Notes: generated by a model not told the origin, from the sequence alone. DNA of 52,270 nucleotides from an uncultured bacterium (GCA_937868685.1 CALMMZ010000181.1:1-52270), one strand, 5' to 3'. Numbered from the stretch's first letter, positions 1-7,977 are shown. Made by a program: numbers and translations.

Positions 1-806
1 GTCCGACCATGACTTCCTTGGTCAGCTTGCACCTTTTCACCCTTCGGGGTAAGATATTGATGATAGACTTGTAAATAATACTTAAAATTTTTGTCACTTG
101 CAAAGGGAGAAGAAAAATCTTTTAATTGACATCCTGAAACTTGATAAGAGAGTGTAGCAATGTTTTTGGCCGCGACAAAAATATTTTGCCAATCTTGAGA
201 AGAAAGAGTATTTCCTTTGCGAAAAGGAGAAATCTTAGCTGCATATAAAATTTCGGCCACTAAATAATTACCAATTCCCGAGACAAATTTTTCTTGATCC
301 ATCAAGAGAGAAAGTATATCTCTGTTTGATTTTTGAGCAGCAACTCGAGTGATGAAATTTTCCCAAGTACTGTCTTGAAGTATACCTGGAGCTAACTTTT
401 GAGATAAATCTTCAGGAGAAAAATAAACATTACCAAATCTTCTTGCGTCTGAATAAACAAATGATGTGGGAAAAGGTGCTTTTCCTTCAATGTTAAATTT
501 AAAGGCAGCATGTTTCATCTCTTGTTCAGAAGGTGTAAAAGTAAAGGTGCCAGTCATACCCAAACCAGCATAAATATTAAATATTGCTTTTTCTCCTGAG
601 ATTTGTTTTAGCGAGAAAATAATCATCTTTCCTTTGGCTGAAACTTTTTCTACATATAAGGGAAGTTGAGCAAGAAATTCTTTGAAAAATGGAGGAGGTT
701 TATTTTTATATTTACCACCAACAATTTCAATATGTTTTAAGGCCTTTCCTTGTAAATATAAATGGAGATAATCAGCTACCAATTGTACTTCTGGACCTTC
801 GGGCAT
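1..806 (-). CDS. Nei/Fpg-family DNA glycosylase (endonuclease VIII-like); C-terminus runs off the window start
   Basis: Minus-strand frame is open from the window edge up to the ATG at 806. It is missing from the ORF track because no stop lies in the window. Own translation: MPEGPEVQLVADYLHLYLQGKALKHIEIVGGKYKNKPPPFFKEFLAQLPLYVEKVSAKGKMIIFSLKQI... It has the N-terminal P-E-G-P-E-V catalytic motif of Fpg/Nei enzymes and an H2TH-like SGIGNYLVAEILYA stretch encoded near 241-300. The upstream in-frame ATG at 842 is unlikely because catalysis uses Pro2. Confidence 0.75.
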   Translation of the reverse strand, partial: MPEGPEVQLVADYLHLYLQGKALKHIEIVGGKYKNKPPPFFKEFLAQLPLYVEKVSAKGKMIIFSLKQISGEKAIFNIYAGLGMTGTFTFTPSEQEMKHAAFKFNIEGKAPFPTSFVYSDARRFGNVYFSPEDLSQKLAPGILQDSTWENFITRVAAQKSNRDILSLLMDQEKFVSGIGNYLVAEILYAAKISPFRKGNTLSSQDWQNIFVAAKNIATLSYQVSGCQLKDFSSPFASDKNFKYYLQVYHQYLTPKGEKVQADQGSHGR

Positions 807-851
807 GTTCTTTTTCTTTCTTAAAGAAGAAAGAAATTTCATTTTATTTCT

Positions 852-1547
852 TTACAATCGGAGCAACTTCAAAGTGTAGTTAATTTCATTATCCTTACGA
901 ACCATGTTAATATCCATCTCACTTAGAGGTCCAGCTGAAGCGTTTCCTTTTTCAATTGCCTTTACTTTCATCTTTGCCGCTGTATACAAAATCTCACGAA
1001 CAAACATTCTCACAAAAATGTCAATTAAATCAGCTTGATTATTAAGTACACATTCGGTAGGTCCGTCACCAAAAGAACATTGAGTTGAGATTTGTTTCAA
1101 TTGATAAGTTTCAATATTCTTAATTAAAGCTCGGCGAATTCCACCAATTGTAAGTAAACGAAGAAGTGAGATCACTTCGGATGTATGTGAAATCACACGC
1201 TTTTCAATCAACTTACTCAAGAGATATGAAAGATCACGAGCGAAGACAATTAAAATCAATTTGACATCTGTAGTCATTTCAATCTGAAGAGATTGAGCAA
1301 TATTTGTCACCATATTAGCAGTGTCACTTGGATCAGCAGCAGTGTCACTGGGTGCGATTACATTACTAATTTTAGCAAACAAAGTTGGACGGATTCGTTG
1401 AATCAATGGAGAATGAACTTCTTTCACTTCCTTTCGCAACTTCAAAGAGGGTTGTTTCGGACTTCGCCGCGAACTCTTTCGTGAGCGTGAACTCTTCCGC
1501 GAACTCTTTCGTGAGCGTGAACTCTTCCGTGAATGTGACTTGGGCAT
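852..1547 (-). CDS. Histone doublet: H2B-like plus H2A-like histone folds in one chain, with a Ser/Arg/Lys-rich N-terminal tail
   Basis: 231 aa. First fold: ISHTSEVISLLRLLTIGGIRRALIKNIETYQ resembles H2B [29 protein letters not shown]. Second fold: ADLIDIFVRMFVREILYTAAKMKVKA...INMVRKDNEINYTLKLL resembles H2A [24 protein letters not shown]...LAIRNDEELNKLL. Tail: SRKSSRSRKSSRKSSRSRKSSRRSPK. Confidence 0.7.
   Translation of the reverse strand: MPKSHSRKSSRSRKSSRKSSRSRKSSRRSPKQPSLKLRKEVKEVHSPLIQRIRPTLFAKISNVIAPSDTAADPSDTANMVTNIAQSLQIEMTTDVKLILIVFARDLSYLLSKLIEKRVISHTSEVISLLRLLTIGGIRRALIKNIETYQLKQISTQCSFGDGPTECVLNNQADLIDIFVRMFVREILYTAAKMKVKAIEKGNASAGPLSEMDINMVRKDNEINYTLKLLRL
1471..1530. repeat. 30-bp tandem repeat x2, coding for the histone tail
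   Basis: gaactctttcgtgagcgtgaactcttccgc at 1471..1500 is repeated at 1501..1530 with one mismatch. It encodes SRKSSRSRKS units. Confidence 0.85.
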
Positions 1548-1594
1548 AGTTTTTGAAGAGTATCAAAATTTTTATTTTAATTTTAAAGGAAAGA

Positions 1595-1813
1595 ATGACA
1601 ACACCACGAGTTGGAATTCACCAATGGAGAACTCCGGGTGATCTTGCAGCAGTTGATTTAATTGGAACTTTTTTGTTTGCCTTGATTCTAGCGAAACCTT
1701 TGAAGATGAATGTTTGGCAACTTTTCTTTCTTTTGGTTTTAATTGGTATTCTAGTTCATTTGTTACTAGGAATTGAAACTGCTCTTATTGAAAAATTAAG
1801 GAAATTAGTCTAA
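1595..1813 (+). CDS. small membrane protein (two hydrophobic helices)
   Basis: ATG at 1595 lies inside the 1553..1813 ORF, whose listed start is a TTG. Hydrophobic stretches: LIGTFLFALILA and LFFLLVLIGILVHLLLGI. Confidence 0.4.
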   Translation: MTTPRVGIHQWRTPGDLAAVDLIGTFLFALILAKPLKMNVWQLFFLLVLIGILVHLLLGIETALIEKLRKLV

Positions 1814-1821
1814 ATGAAAAT

Positions 1822-2286
1822 ATGTCTCAGTTAGATTGTGTTATTTACGAAATTCCTTTTATTGAAAGTAAAGAGATAAACAAATTTTTGAATTTATTAA
1901 ATTTGATATTTCCCAATTATAATTATTATCAATCTTTCTTTTCAGAGTTTTGTATTAAAAGAAAATCTCAAATTGTTTATGCTGAAGTCGATGGGGTTCT
2001 TCGGGGTCTCGCAATAGTTTATGTTGATGATGAAATAGGAAAGTATCATATGACAAATTTTGGGGTACATCAAGACTATCGAAAAAAAGGAATTGGTGAT
2101 AAAATTCTTTCAAAAATTAAACAAAAATATTCACCTTTTGTTCTCATGGTTGACAGAAGTGATAAACAGACTATTGAATTCTATCAAAAAAGAGGTTTAA
2201 CCCCGGAAGGATGTTTCCCCAATTGTAAAGAGATTGAGGAATTTTTATTATTGAAATATTCTAATACATCGATTAAAAATGATTAA
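1822..2286 (+). CDS. GNAT-family N-acetyltransferase
   Basis: 154 aa. HQDYRKKGIGDKIL matches the acetyl-CoA binding Q/R-x-x-G-x-G/A motif. C-terminal FYQKRGL is typical of GNAT folds. Confidence 0.7.
   Translation: MSQLDCVIYEIPFIESKEINKFLNLLNLIFPNYNYYQSFFSEFCIKRKSQIVYAEVDGVLRGLAIVYVDDEIGKYHMTNFGVHQDYRKKGIGDKILSKIKQKYSPFVLMVDRSDKQTIEFYQKRGLTPEGCFPNCKEIEEFLLLKYSNTSIKND
2194..2216. repeat. GTTTAAC-family repeat copy inside the GNAT ORF
   Basis: ggtttaaccccggaaggatgttt, encoding GLTPEGCF. Confidence 0.5.
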
Positions 2287-2315
2287 GTTTTTTAAGTATT
2301 CATTTAAGAGAAATA

Positions 2316-2645
2316 ATGAGAAAGAGATCTCCACGACAAAAATCTCCACGATTGGGAAAACGATCTCCACGATTGGGAAAACGATCTCCACGATTGGGAA
2401 AAGGATCTCCACGATTGGGAAAAGGATCTCCACGACGAAAAGAAAGACCTCCACGTCGGCCTGTACCTCCAATACGTCAGGAACGTCGACACACTCGATA
2501 TTTCGAATTTGTTTCTCTGATTGCTGCAGGTTTAACCTCAGAAGGAAGTTTAACCTCGGAAAAATGGTCATCTTTTCTTCTAAAAGGTTTGTACAATCCT
2601 CAACTTTTCATTTTGATAGCTAAGTTTATCTATTTTAAAAATTGA
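2316..2645 (+). CDS. basic SPRLGK-repeat protein carrying the shared C-terminal W-x-x-FL-x-x-x-LYDPRL module
   Basis: Three ORFs overlap across the 21-bp repeat. Only this frame ends in a tail (GLTSEGSLTSEKWSSFLLKGLYNPQLFILIAKFIYF) that is conserved at the C-termini of ORFs 49291..50274 and 51129..51800. The N-terminus has five (K/G)SPRLGK units (SPKK-like). Confidence 0.5.
   Translation: MRKRSPRQKSPRLGKRSPRLGKRSPRLGKGSPRLGKGSPRRKERPPRRPVPPIRQERRHTRYFEFVSLIAAGLTSEGSLTSEKWSSFLLKGLYNPQLFILIAKFIYFKN
2326..2460. repeat. 21-bp tandem repeat array
   Basis: atctccacgattgggaaaa(c/g)g occurs four times (2342..2425), flanked by degenerate copies. Confidence 0.85.
2529..2566. repeat. GTTTAAC-family repeat copies inside ORF 2316..2645
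   Basis: ggtttaacctcagaaggaagtttaacctcggaaaaatg, encoding GLTSEGSLTSEKW. Confidence 0.6.
2638..2645 (+). promoter_or_regulatory. AAAATTGA early-promoter-like motif
   Basis: Exact AAAATTGA(TTTC) overlapping the stop of the upstream gene. Lies upstream of ATG 2686. Confidence 0.55.
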
Positions 2646-2669
2646 TTTCTTTTCTCTTGAGAAAAGAAA
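2646..2669. terminator. intergenic palindromic hairpin (putative 3'-end formation signal)
   Basis: Arm tttcttttctc, spacer tt, arm gagaaaagaaa, immediately after the stop of 2316..2645. Confidence 0.5.
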
Positions 2670-2685
2670 AGAGATAAATTTTCTC

Positions 2686-3066
2686 ATGGCTGCTGTCAAG
2701 AAATCAACATTTGTAGTGCGAAATAACTCATATGGGTCAAACGATGTTCTAGTCTATAAGATTGTGACAGCTTCTTCTGTAAAGAAAGTGTGGGAGTATC
2801 TTGTTCTCCATTTTAATGATGATTTGGATCATCATTATAGTCTAGCCGATTTCAAGGAATATGTGGAATATGTGGAAGATGTTGAAGATTTGAAAGATAT
2901 CGACCAGTTTATCACAGAAGGTCTAAAATATCTCAAAGAGAATAAGACTCCTTCTAAAGATGTCTTCAACATGGACAAATTTCGTCAAATTCTTTTAAGT
3001 TTTTTGGAAGCTTGGCTTCGAATTGATAACTATGCCCAAACTGAAATTCCCACGATTGAATTGTGA
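2686..3066 (+). CDS. hypothetical protein
   Basis: 126-aa ORF preceded by AAAATTGA (2638..2645) and followed by a hairpin. No recognisable domain. Confidence 0.45.
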   Translation: MAAVKKSTFVVRNNSYGSNDVLVYKIVTASSVKKVWEYLVLHFNDDLDHHYSLADFKEYVEYVEDVEDLKDIDQFITEGLKYLKENKTPSKDVFNMDKFRQILLSFLEAWLRIDNYAQTEIPTIEL

Positions 3067-3092
3067 TTTCTGTTCCCCGCGGGGAAAGGAAA
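3067..3092. terminator. intergenic palindromic hairpin shared by convergent genes
   Basis: tttctgttccccgcggggaaaggaaa, with perfect core ttccccgcggggaa at 3073..3086. Confidence 0.55.
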
Positions 3093-3097
3093 ATTTT

Positions 3098-3427
3098 TTA
3101 ACAGGTGAAAAGACTAATAACACGTGTTACATTTTTAAGATATGGTGTAATTTGAGTTGTTTGCTTGAATTTACCCGGTTCAAATTTACCTTCTTGACCA
3201 TATCCTGTGAGCATGCGGTACAGATCGTAGTATCTTTGTTGTCCTTCTGGAGCTTTGTCATAAGGAGTTCCCAGAGAACAATCCTCTGAAGTGTATCCTT
3301 TCTCATTTTCTTGCACCCAATAATCAAGTAACTTATTTTCTTCTTCAGTAAGGTCCTTATTTTCAACTACATAAGCGGTAAAAGAACCGATTTTATTTTC
3401 ATCAGTTAAAATAACAATGGTGGACAT
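3098..3427 (-). CDS. hypothetical protein, tandem paralogue A
   Basis: MSTIVILTDENKIGSFTAYVVENKDLTEEENKLLDYWVQENEKG...ITPYLKNVTRVI is clearly homologous to ORF 3529..3864. ATG 3427 is preferred because the longer ORF start (3466) lies inside a palindrome. Confidence 0.6.
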   Translation of the reverse strand: MSTIVILTDENKIGSFTAYVVENKDLTEEENKLLDYWVQENEKGYTSEDCSLGTPYDKAPEGQQRYYDLYRMLTGYGQEGKFEPGKFKQTTQITPYLKNVTRVISLFTC

Positions 3428-3488
3428 TTGAAGTTTTCTTTCCTTTGAAAGGGAAAGAGAAATCATTTTTTTGAAGAGCGAATTGTAC

Positions 3489-3513
3489 TTTCTGTTCCCC
3501 GCGGGGAAAGAAA
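3489..3513. terminator. intergenic palindromic hairpin
   Basis: tttctgttccccgcggggaaagaaa, nearly identical to the 3067..3092 copy. Follows the stop of 3529..3864(-). Confidence 0.55.
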
Positions 3514-3528
3514 AATTTTTAACAACAA

Positions 3529-3864
3529 TTAAAAATCATAAAATTTAATCAAACGAGTTACATTTTTGAGATATGGTGTAATACAGTTTGTCTTCTTAAA
3601 TTTACCTGGTTTAAATTGACCCTCTTCACCACGGCCATAACCAGTAGTCATATAAAAGATATCATAATGTTTTTGTTCTTCTTCAGAAGCTTTGTCATAA
3701 GGAGTTCGTAAAGAACAATCTGCATTCGAAATTCCTTTTTCATTCTGTTTTACCCAATAATCAAGAACTTTGTTTTCTTCTTCAGTAAGTTCCTTATTGT
3801 CGACTACATAAAAATCAGGACCTTCCAAGGTTCCATCAACTCCCACTACCACAATAGTCGTCAT
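3529..3864 (-). CDS. hypothetical protein, tandem paralogue B
   Basis: MTTIVVVGVDGTLEGPDFYVVDNKELTEEENKVLDYWVKQNEKG...ITPYLKNVTRLI. Has TCAATTTT (the AAAATTGA motif on its own strand) at 3904..3911. Confidence 0.6.
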   Translation of the reverse strand: MTTIVVVGVDGTLEGPDFYVVDNKELTEEENKVLDYWVKQNEKGISNADCSLRTPYDKASEEEQKHYDIFYMTTGYGRGEEGQFKPGKFKKTNCITPYLKNVTRLIKFYDF

Positions 3865-3903
3865 CTAAAGTTTTTATTTAAGCAAAAAAGATCCTAAAAG
3901 AAA

Positions 3904-3911
3904 TCAATTTT
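3904..3911 (-). promoter_or_regulatory. AAAATTGA early-promoter-like motif
   Basis: TCAATTTT on the plus strand. Lies upstream of minus-strand ATG 3864. Confidence 0.55.
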
Positions 3912-4496
3912 TTAGAAGTAACTTGCAGTTGCTTCTGCCCAAGGTTTACTTGGTTTTTTCAATTGGCTATTGACTCGTTCATGGAGGAGATAACTCCAAT
4001 GAAAGAGTTTAACATTCGAGGCAAAGAATTGATCAATGGGGTGATCAGCTAAATTACCAGAAAGATGAGCACGACATTTCGGACAAGGTAAACAAAATTG
4101 AAGACAGCTCACGAAAGCTTTGTAACTTTTCGCATATTGGGTCGTATTATTATAATTTGCTGCAAACCAATGGATCATTTTCCAAGTGGGGTGCGACCAA
4201 ACAGTGATAGTAATATTTGAATCGGCATACTTTTTCAATAATTCATCATATTGTACCATCACAAAATGATGGACATACTTATTCACTTCTTGATGAAGAT
4301 TGAACACCCATTCGAAAGCCTTTTGTGAATAGGGATATTTAGCGTAAGCTTCTGTCAACCATTTCTTCTCCTGAGCTGGCATCATTGTAAGAGATGACTC
4401 AAAGAGACATTGAAAAGGTTGAATCATCTCCGCTCGGTAATACGACGCCATTGCGTAGAGCATTTGAAAGAAATCAACCAACGGAAAAATAGCCAT
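3912..4496 (-). CDS. Erv1/ALR-family FAD-linked sulfhydryl oxidase
   Basis: 194 aa. C-x-x-C redox motif in LPCPKCRAHL, then HWSYLLHERVNSQLKK (Erv1/ALR-type H...N core). Confidence 0.75.
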   Translation of the reverse strand: MAIFPLVDFFQMLYAMASYYRAEMIQPFQCLFESSLTMMPAQEKKWLTEAYAKYPYSQKAFEWVFNLHQEVNKYVHHFVMVQYDELLKKYADSNITITVWSHPTWKMIHWFAANYNNTTQYAKSYKAFVSCLQFCLPCPKCRAHLSGNLADHPIDQFFASNVKLFHWSYLLHERVNSQLKKPSKPWAEATASYF

Positions 4497-4501
4497 TTTC
4501 T

Positions 4502-4525
4502 TTCTTTTCTTGAAAAAGAAAAGAA
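4502..4525. terminator. intergenic palindromic hairpin
   Basis: Arm ttcttttct, loop tgaaaa, arm agaaaagaa, after the stop of 4538..6280(-). Confidence 0.5.
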
Positions 4526-4537
4526 TTTAAATTTCCT

Positions 4538-6280
4538 TTACAATCCATTTCGACTTCGCAAATACTCAAGAATTTTCATGAGAGCTTGACAATCAAGCTG
4601 ATTATACTTAATAATTTCTTCCATTTCTGGAGTAGGAAAATACGTTTTGTATACAGAGTAATGTTGAACAGCTTTGACAGCAGCAGTTAATCCATCTTGC
4701 ACTTCTCCTGCTTTGTAATCAAGATGAATCACATTTTTCATCGCTTTAACAATTGATTTTAAAGAAAAATTAAAAGCTCCTTTCACCGTAATTGGTTCTT
4801 CTTTAAACACATATAACAAATCAGTCCAACGATCTCCCAAGGAAAAAAGAGGATCGGTCAATTTTCCCATTCGAACCAAAAAACTTTCCCAAATATGATA
4901 TTCGGCATCAGCCCAATGATATAATTCACTATCTTGACCAATTAAAGTTACAAAATCGGTGGCCATCTTTAATTCGGCAGCATCACTCAATTCTTCTAAC
5001 GGAAAGGTCTCACAACACCATTCACTCGCTTCATTTAACCAGCCGACACTGATCATGAAAATTCTTTCTTCTCCTAAGAACTCGGGAATAGTTTCAAAAT
5101 CGACGTAAAACTCTTTCGAATTGACACAAGAAATAGCTTTCTGCATTTTCTCAATTCGATGAGGAAGCATAAAAGGTCCATTTGGGCGATTGACTTCTAA
5201 AATAGCATCTAAGATTCTTGCCCGTTGCCCTTGAAAACCAACTGTTTCAGAGGAGAATCCTGGATCATGCCAACTATAAATTTCTTTTTGGAAAGCCTTT
5301 TTTCGTTCTTTCATACCACAATACCATAAGGAAGTAATTTCTCCCAATCCTTCCGCCAAACCTTCTTTAAAAGGATTACTTTCATTTGATTTCATATTAG
5401 GGTACAATTCTGGGTGTTGAGCCAAATCATCTAACCAATGTTCTCCTTCGCGTCGACAACTTCGGAGCCATTCTGCTCCAGCTTGAACTTCTTGACACAC
5501 TTCTTTATCACGAAGAGAGAAATGGACTCGACCCAATTTTTGAAAAGATGTGAAATAATAAGTTTCTCCCTTTGACGTTTGTTTGGCAGCTCTGCCGAGT
5601 AAACAAGCAAAAGGAACGACAGTTTGTTTCAACTTTTTACTAATTTCTTTCAAAATGGTATGATAAATATATAATTGTCCTTTGTAAGCTCGAATGTGTC
5701 CACTGTTCAAAAGGTGTTGTCCATCGGCGGCCAATGGAAGTGTCATGAATTTCACATCAATAATCAGATAGCCATTTTGATATTGTTCGAGTTCTTCTAA
5801 AGTGAATGCGTCTGGAATTAAAGTATTTATAATATTTGTGCGAACCAAAAGGTCTGGTACTCCGTAAAACTTTTCTTTTTCTGAATAAATACTTGGTGAA
5901 AAGATAACATCTACTTTTTCTCTCATTGCTTGCATTACATTTGATAATTGTAATCGATCGTAATATCCTGGAAACTCTCGATATGAGAAACTTGATTCTT
6001 CCAACATCCCCTTCAAAAGGGAAACAATACCTTTTTCAAACTCTTTCCCTGCCTGTAACAACGTTTCTAAAAATAAACTCTTACTCGAAAGTAAAGAAGG
6101 TGAATGAATTTTTAACCATTCTTGAAGATGGTCCTGGAGCAAAATGTGGTACAATCCTGTTCCAGAAATCCAATCTCCTTTTTTAGATTCGTGATTTCTT
6201 GTCTTCTTTTCGGGAACCTCGCTTGAAGATGACTTTCTCTTTTCAGCCATTTCTTCTTCATCAAAAGGAACGAAATTCAT
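4538..6280 (-). CDS. RecB-family (PD-(D/E)XK) nuclease fused to an RNase-H-like exonuclease domain
   Basis: 580 aa. N-terminal half: GVPDLLVR ... YLIIDVKF (D...D/E-x-K pattern). C-terminal half: FYVDFETIPE, HWADAE, YNQLDCQAL (DEDD-type/RNase-H-like). This is the architecture of TM0106-type RecB-family nucleases. Confidence 0.6.
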   Translation of the reverse strand: MNFVPFDEEEMAEKRKSSSSEVPEKKTRNHESKKGDWISGTGLYHILLQDHLQEWLKIHSPSLLSSKSLFLETLLQAGKEFEKGIVSLLKGMLEESSFSYREFPGYYDRLQLSNVMQAMREKVDVIFSPSIYSEKEKFYGVPDLLVRTNIINTLIPDAFTLEELEQYQNGYLIIDVKFMTLPLAADGQHLLNSGHIRAYKGQLYIYHTILKEISKKLKQTVVPFACLLGRAAKQTSKGETYYFTSFQKLGRVHFSLRDKEVCQEVQAGAEWLRSCRREGEHWLDDLAQHPELYPNMKSNESNPFKEGLAEGLGEITSLWYCGMKERKKAFQKEIYSWHDPGFSSETVGFQGQRARILDAILEVNRPNGPFMLPHRIEKMQKAISCVNSKEFYVDFETIPEFLGEERIFMISVGWLNEASEWCCETFPLEELSDAAELKMATDFVTLIGQDSELYHWADAEYHIWESFLVRMGKLTDPLFSLGDRWTDLLYVFKEEPITVKGAFNFSLKSIVKAMKNVIHLDYKAGEVQDGLTAAVKAVQHYSVYKTYFPTPEMEEIIKYNQLDCQALMKILEYLRSRNGL

Positions 6281-6318
6281 TTTTTAGGTTCAATTAAAAG
6301 TTTCTCTTCTCATTTAAA

Positions 6319-7002
6319 ATGAATGCAAGAGTTACTTTGAATCGGGTTTGTCAAGTTGAACGAATTCCTTATCCGGTTTTTAACACGGTAAAAACTGGTC
6401 ATTTGTGGCAGGCTCAATGTTTATTTCAAAATAAACAACTCTCTAGCATTCAAACTCCACGAAAGAGAGATGCCGAAGAACATCTCGCTCAAATTTGTTT
6501 AGATGTTTTGCATTATAATCCCCGGGAAGAAAAGAGATTTGAAGATTCAAAAGAGGAAAGTAAACTTTTACAAGTAATAGCGCAACTGCAACATGAAGTG
6601 ATGTCACTAAAAACTAAAGTATCTTCCATTACCGCCGAAGAAAAATTTACTTTTGCGGACAATCCCTTTGATGACGAGCTCATTAATTTTTTACAAACCA
6701 ATTGTCAAGCAAAGAAAATCATTTTCATCCATCCTCCAGAAAAGCCAGCTGTTCATAATCCAGTGTCTGGTTATGATATTACTGTTTATTTTCTTTCTTC
6801 TCTTGATGAAATTGAAGTTTATACGGTTCCTTCTATCGAAGGGAGGAAAGGTGTTTTTTATTTGCCTTGTTATGAAACACAGGAAGACTATCGAACTGCA
6901 TTGTGGATGGCAACTTTTCTTCAATTTGGAGCAAGAACAGTTGATGTCATGAATCAAGAGAGAAATGTTGATTTTATCGAAATGCCCATTAACATGCCTT
7001 GA
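6319..7002 (+). CDS. hypothetical protein with a possible N-terminal dsRNA-binding-like motif
   Basis: 227 aa. LNRVCQVERIPYPVFNTVKTGHLWQAQCLFQNKQLSSIQTPRKRDAEEHLAQICLDVL loosely follows the dsRBD alpha-beta-beta-beta-alpha pattern. The rest is unassigned. Confidence 0.4.
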   Translation: MNARVTLNRVCQVERIPYPVFNTVKTGHLWQAQCLFQNKQLSSIQTPRKRDAEEHLAQICLDVLHYNPREEKRFEDSKEESKLLQVIAQLQHEVMSLKTKVSSITAEEKFTFADNPFDDELINFLQTNCQAKKIIFIHPPEKPAVHNPVSGYDITVYFLSSLDEIEVYTVPSIEGRKGVFYLPCYETQEDYRTALWMATFLQFGARTVDVMNQERNVDFIEMPINMP

Positions 7003-7024
7003 TTTATTTCCCGAGGGAAATAAA
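7003..7024. terminator. intergenic palindromic hairpin shared by convergent genes
   Basis: Arm tttatttccc, spacer ga, arm gggaaataaa. It fills the whole 22-bp gap between stops 7002(+) and 7025(-). Confidence 0.55.
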
Positions 7025-7870
7025 TTATTCTAAACGAAGTTCGCCCGATTGTAGCATTTGTGTAACTAACAATGAGATACGCTCAATATATTTTTGATCA
7101 GGAGGGAGACGATAATAAATGATTGCTTTTAAATCTTCATCATTAAGGGCTGCATCAATCATACCATTATCACCTTTCTTTCCAATTACTTTTCCATCAT
7201 CAAAAATCATTCCTGTCCAACGATGTTCCTTTTGTCCAAATGGATTAATAGTAAGCACATAATTTGAGGTGTCAATAGAAAGTTCTTGAATAAGATGAAT
7301 TCGACAATAGCTTTGTGTAGGGCTAAAATCGGATAAAGGTTGACCACAAGGTTTACCACATACTGAAAAAATACACGATTTCTTTTTATGTCTATTGCAA
7401 TAAATTTCTCCAACCAACGTTTTAGCTCCACATGGTTGTCCCATACGAACACCAGACTTCATTATCATTTCACAAGTCCCACCATAATTTTTTTGTTCAG
7501 TAGCACCCCCATGACGTCCACATTTTCCATTATTGATGGCAGGTTTCATACACATTTGTCCTGCACGAGCTCCAGATTTCATGATGGTGGTACAAAAAGA
7601 TCCTTCAGGTAACTTTTTTTCTTCCAGTAAATTTTTGGCACATTCTTTCGAAGCAATTGGAGGAATAAAAGCCTCGCCCGAGGAGCAACTTGAAGTCGGT
7701 AGTTCGTCTTCAAATTGGATAATTCTTTTTTCAATTGCCTTTCGAATATATGGCAAGACGGCTTCTAATTCTTTGGGAATAGTATCTTCAAGTTCTCGAT
7801 TTAAATCAAAGAGTAGACGATTGACATAACGCTGAATGGCATCTTGAATTTCATTCAATGGGGAATTCAT
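7025..7870 (-). CDS. Cys-rich protein with three C-x13-C-x9-10-C-x2-H motifs
   Basis: 281 aa. Motifs: CTTIMKSGARAGQMCMKPAINNGKCGRH, CEMIMKSGVRMGQPCGAKTLVGEIYCNRH, and a degenerate third copy CGKPCGQPLSDFSPTQSYCRIH. The same motif occurs twice in ORF 39466..40461. Confidence 0.5.
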   Translation of the reverse strand: MNSPLNEIQDAIQRYVNRLLFDLNRELEDTIPKELEAVLPYIRKAIEKRIIQFEDELPTSSCSSGEAFIPPIASKECAKNLLEEKKLPEGSFCTTIMKSGARAGQMCMKPAINNGKCGRHGGATEQKNYGGTCEMIMKSGVRMGQPCGAKTLVGEIYCNRHKKKSCIFSVCGKPCGQPLSDFSPTQSYCRIHLIQELSIDTSNYVLTINPFGQKEHRWTGMIFDDGKVIGKKGDNGMIDAALNDEDLKAIIYYRLPPDQKYIERISLLVTQMLQSGELRLE

Positions 7871-7887
7871 TTGAGAAGTGGCAAAGA

Positions 7888-7948
7888 CACTTTAACCCCT
7901 TGAAGGATGTTTAACCCCTTGAAGGATGTTTAACTTGAGTTAAACATC
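7888..7948. repeat. GTTTAAC-family repeat array (2.5 units) in a divergent intergenic region
   Basis: cactttaaccccttgaaggatg tttaaccccttgaaggatg tttaacttgagttaaacatc. The last unit forms a palindrome. Confidence 0.8.
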
Positions 7949-7977
7949 TTTTATCTCTTATAAAGAAATCATTTTTT

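Noticed and set aside
689-1566. Small ORFs 689..883 (plus), 1293..1484 (plus) and 1372..1566 (minus)
   Set aside because: They are nested in, or antisense to, the Nei-like and histone-doublet genes, which carry recognisable motifs.
2248-2623. Alternative ORFs across the 21-bp repeat (2248..2571 minus, 2279..2623 plus, 2304..2492 minus)
   Set aside because: They are open only because the tandem repeat lacks stops in several frames. Only the 2316..2645 frame ends in the tail conserved in two other proteins.
7888-7948. CRISPR-like interpretation of the short direct repeats here and at 41701..41746
   Set aside because: The units are contiguous, about 19 bp, with no unique spacers. Copies are dispersed singly, there are no cas genes, and the context is a eukaryotic virus.
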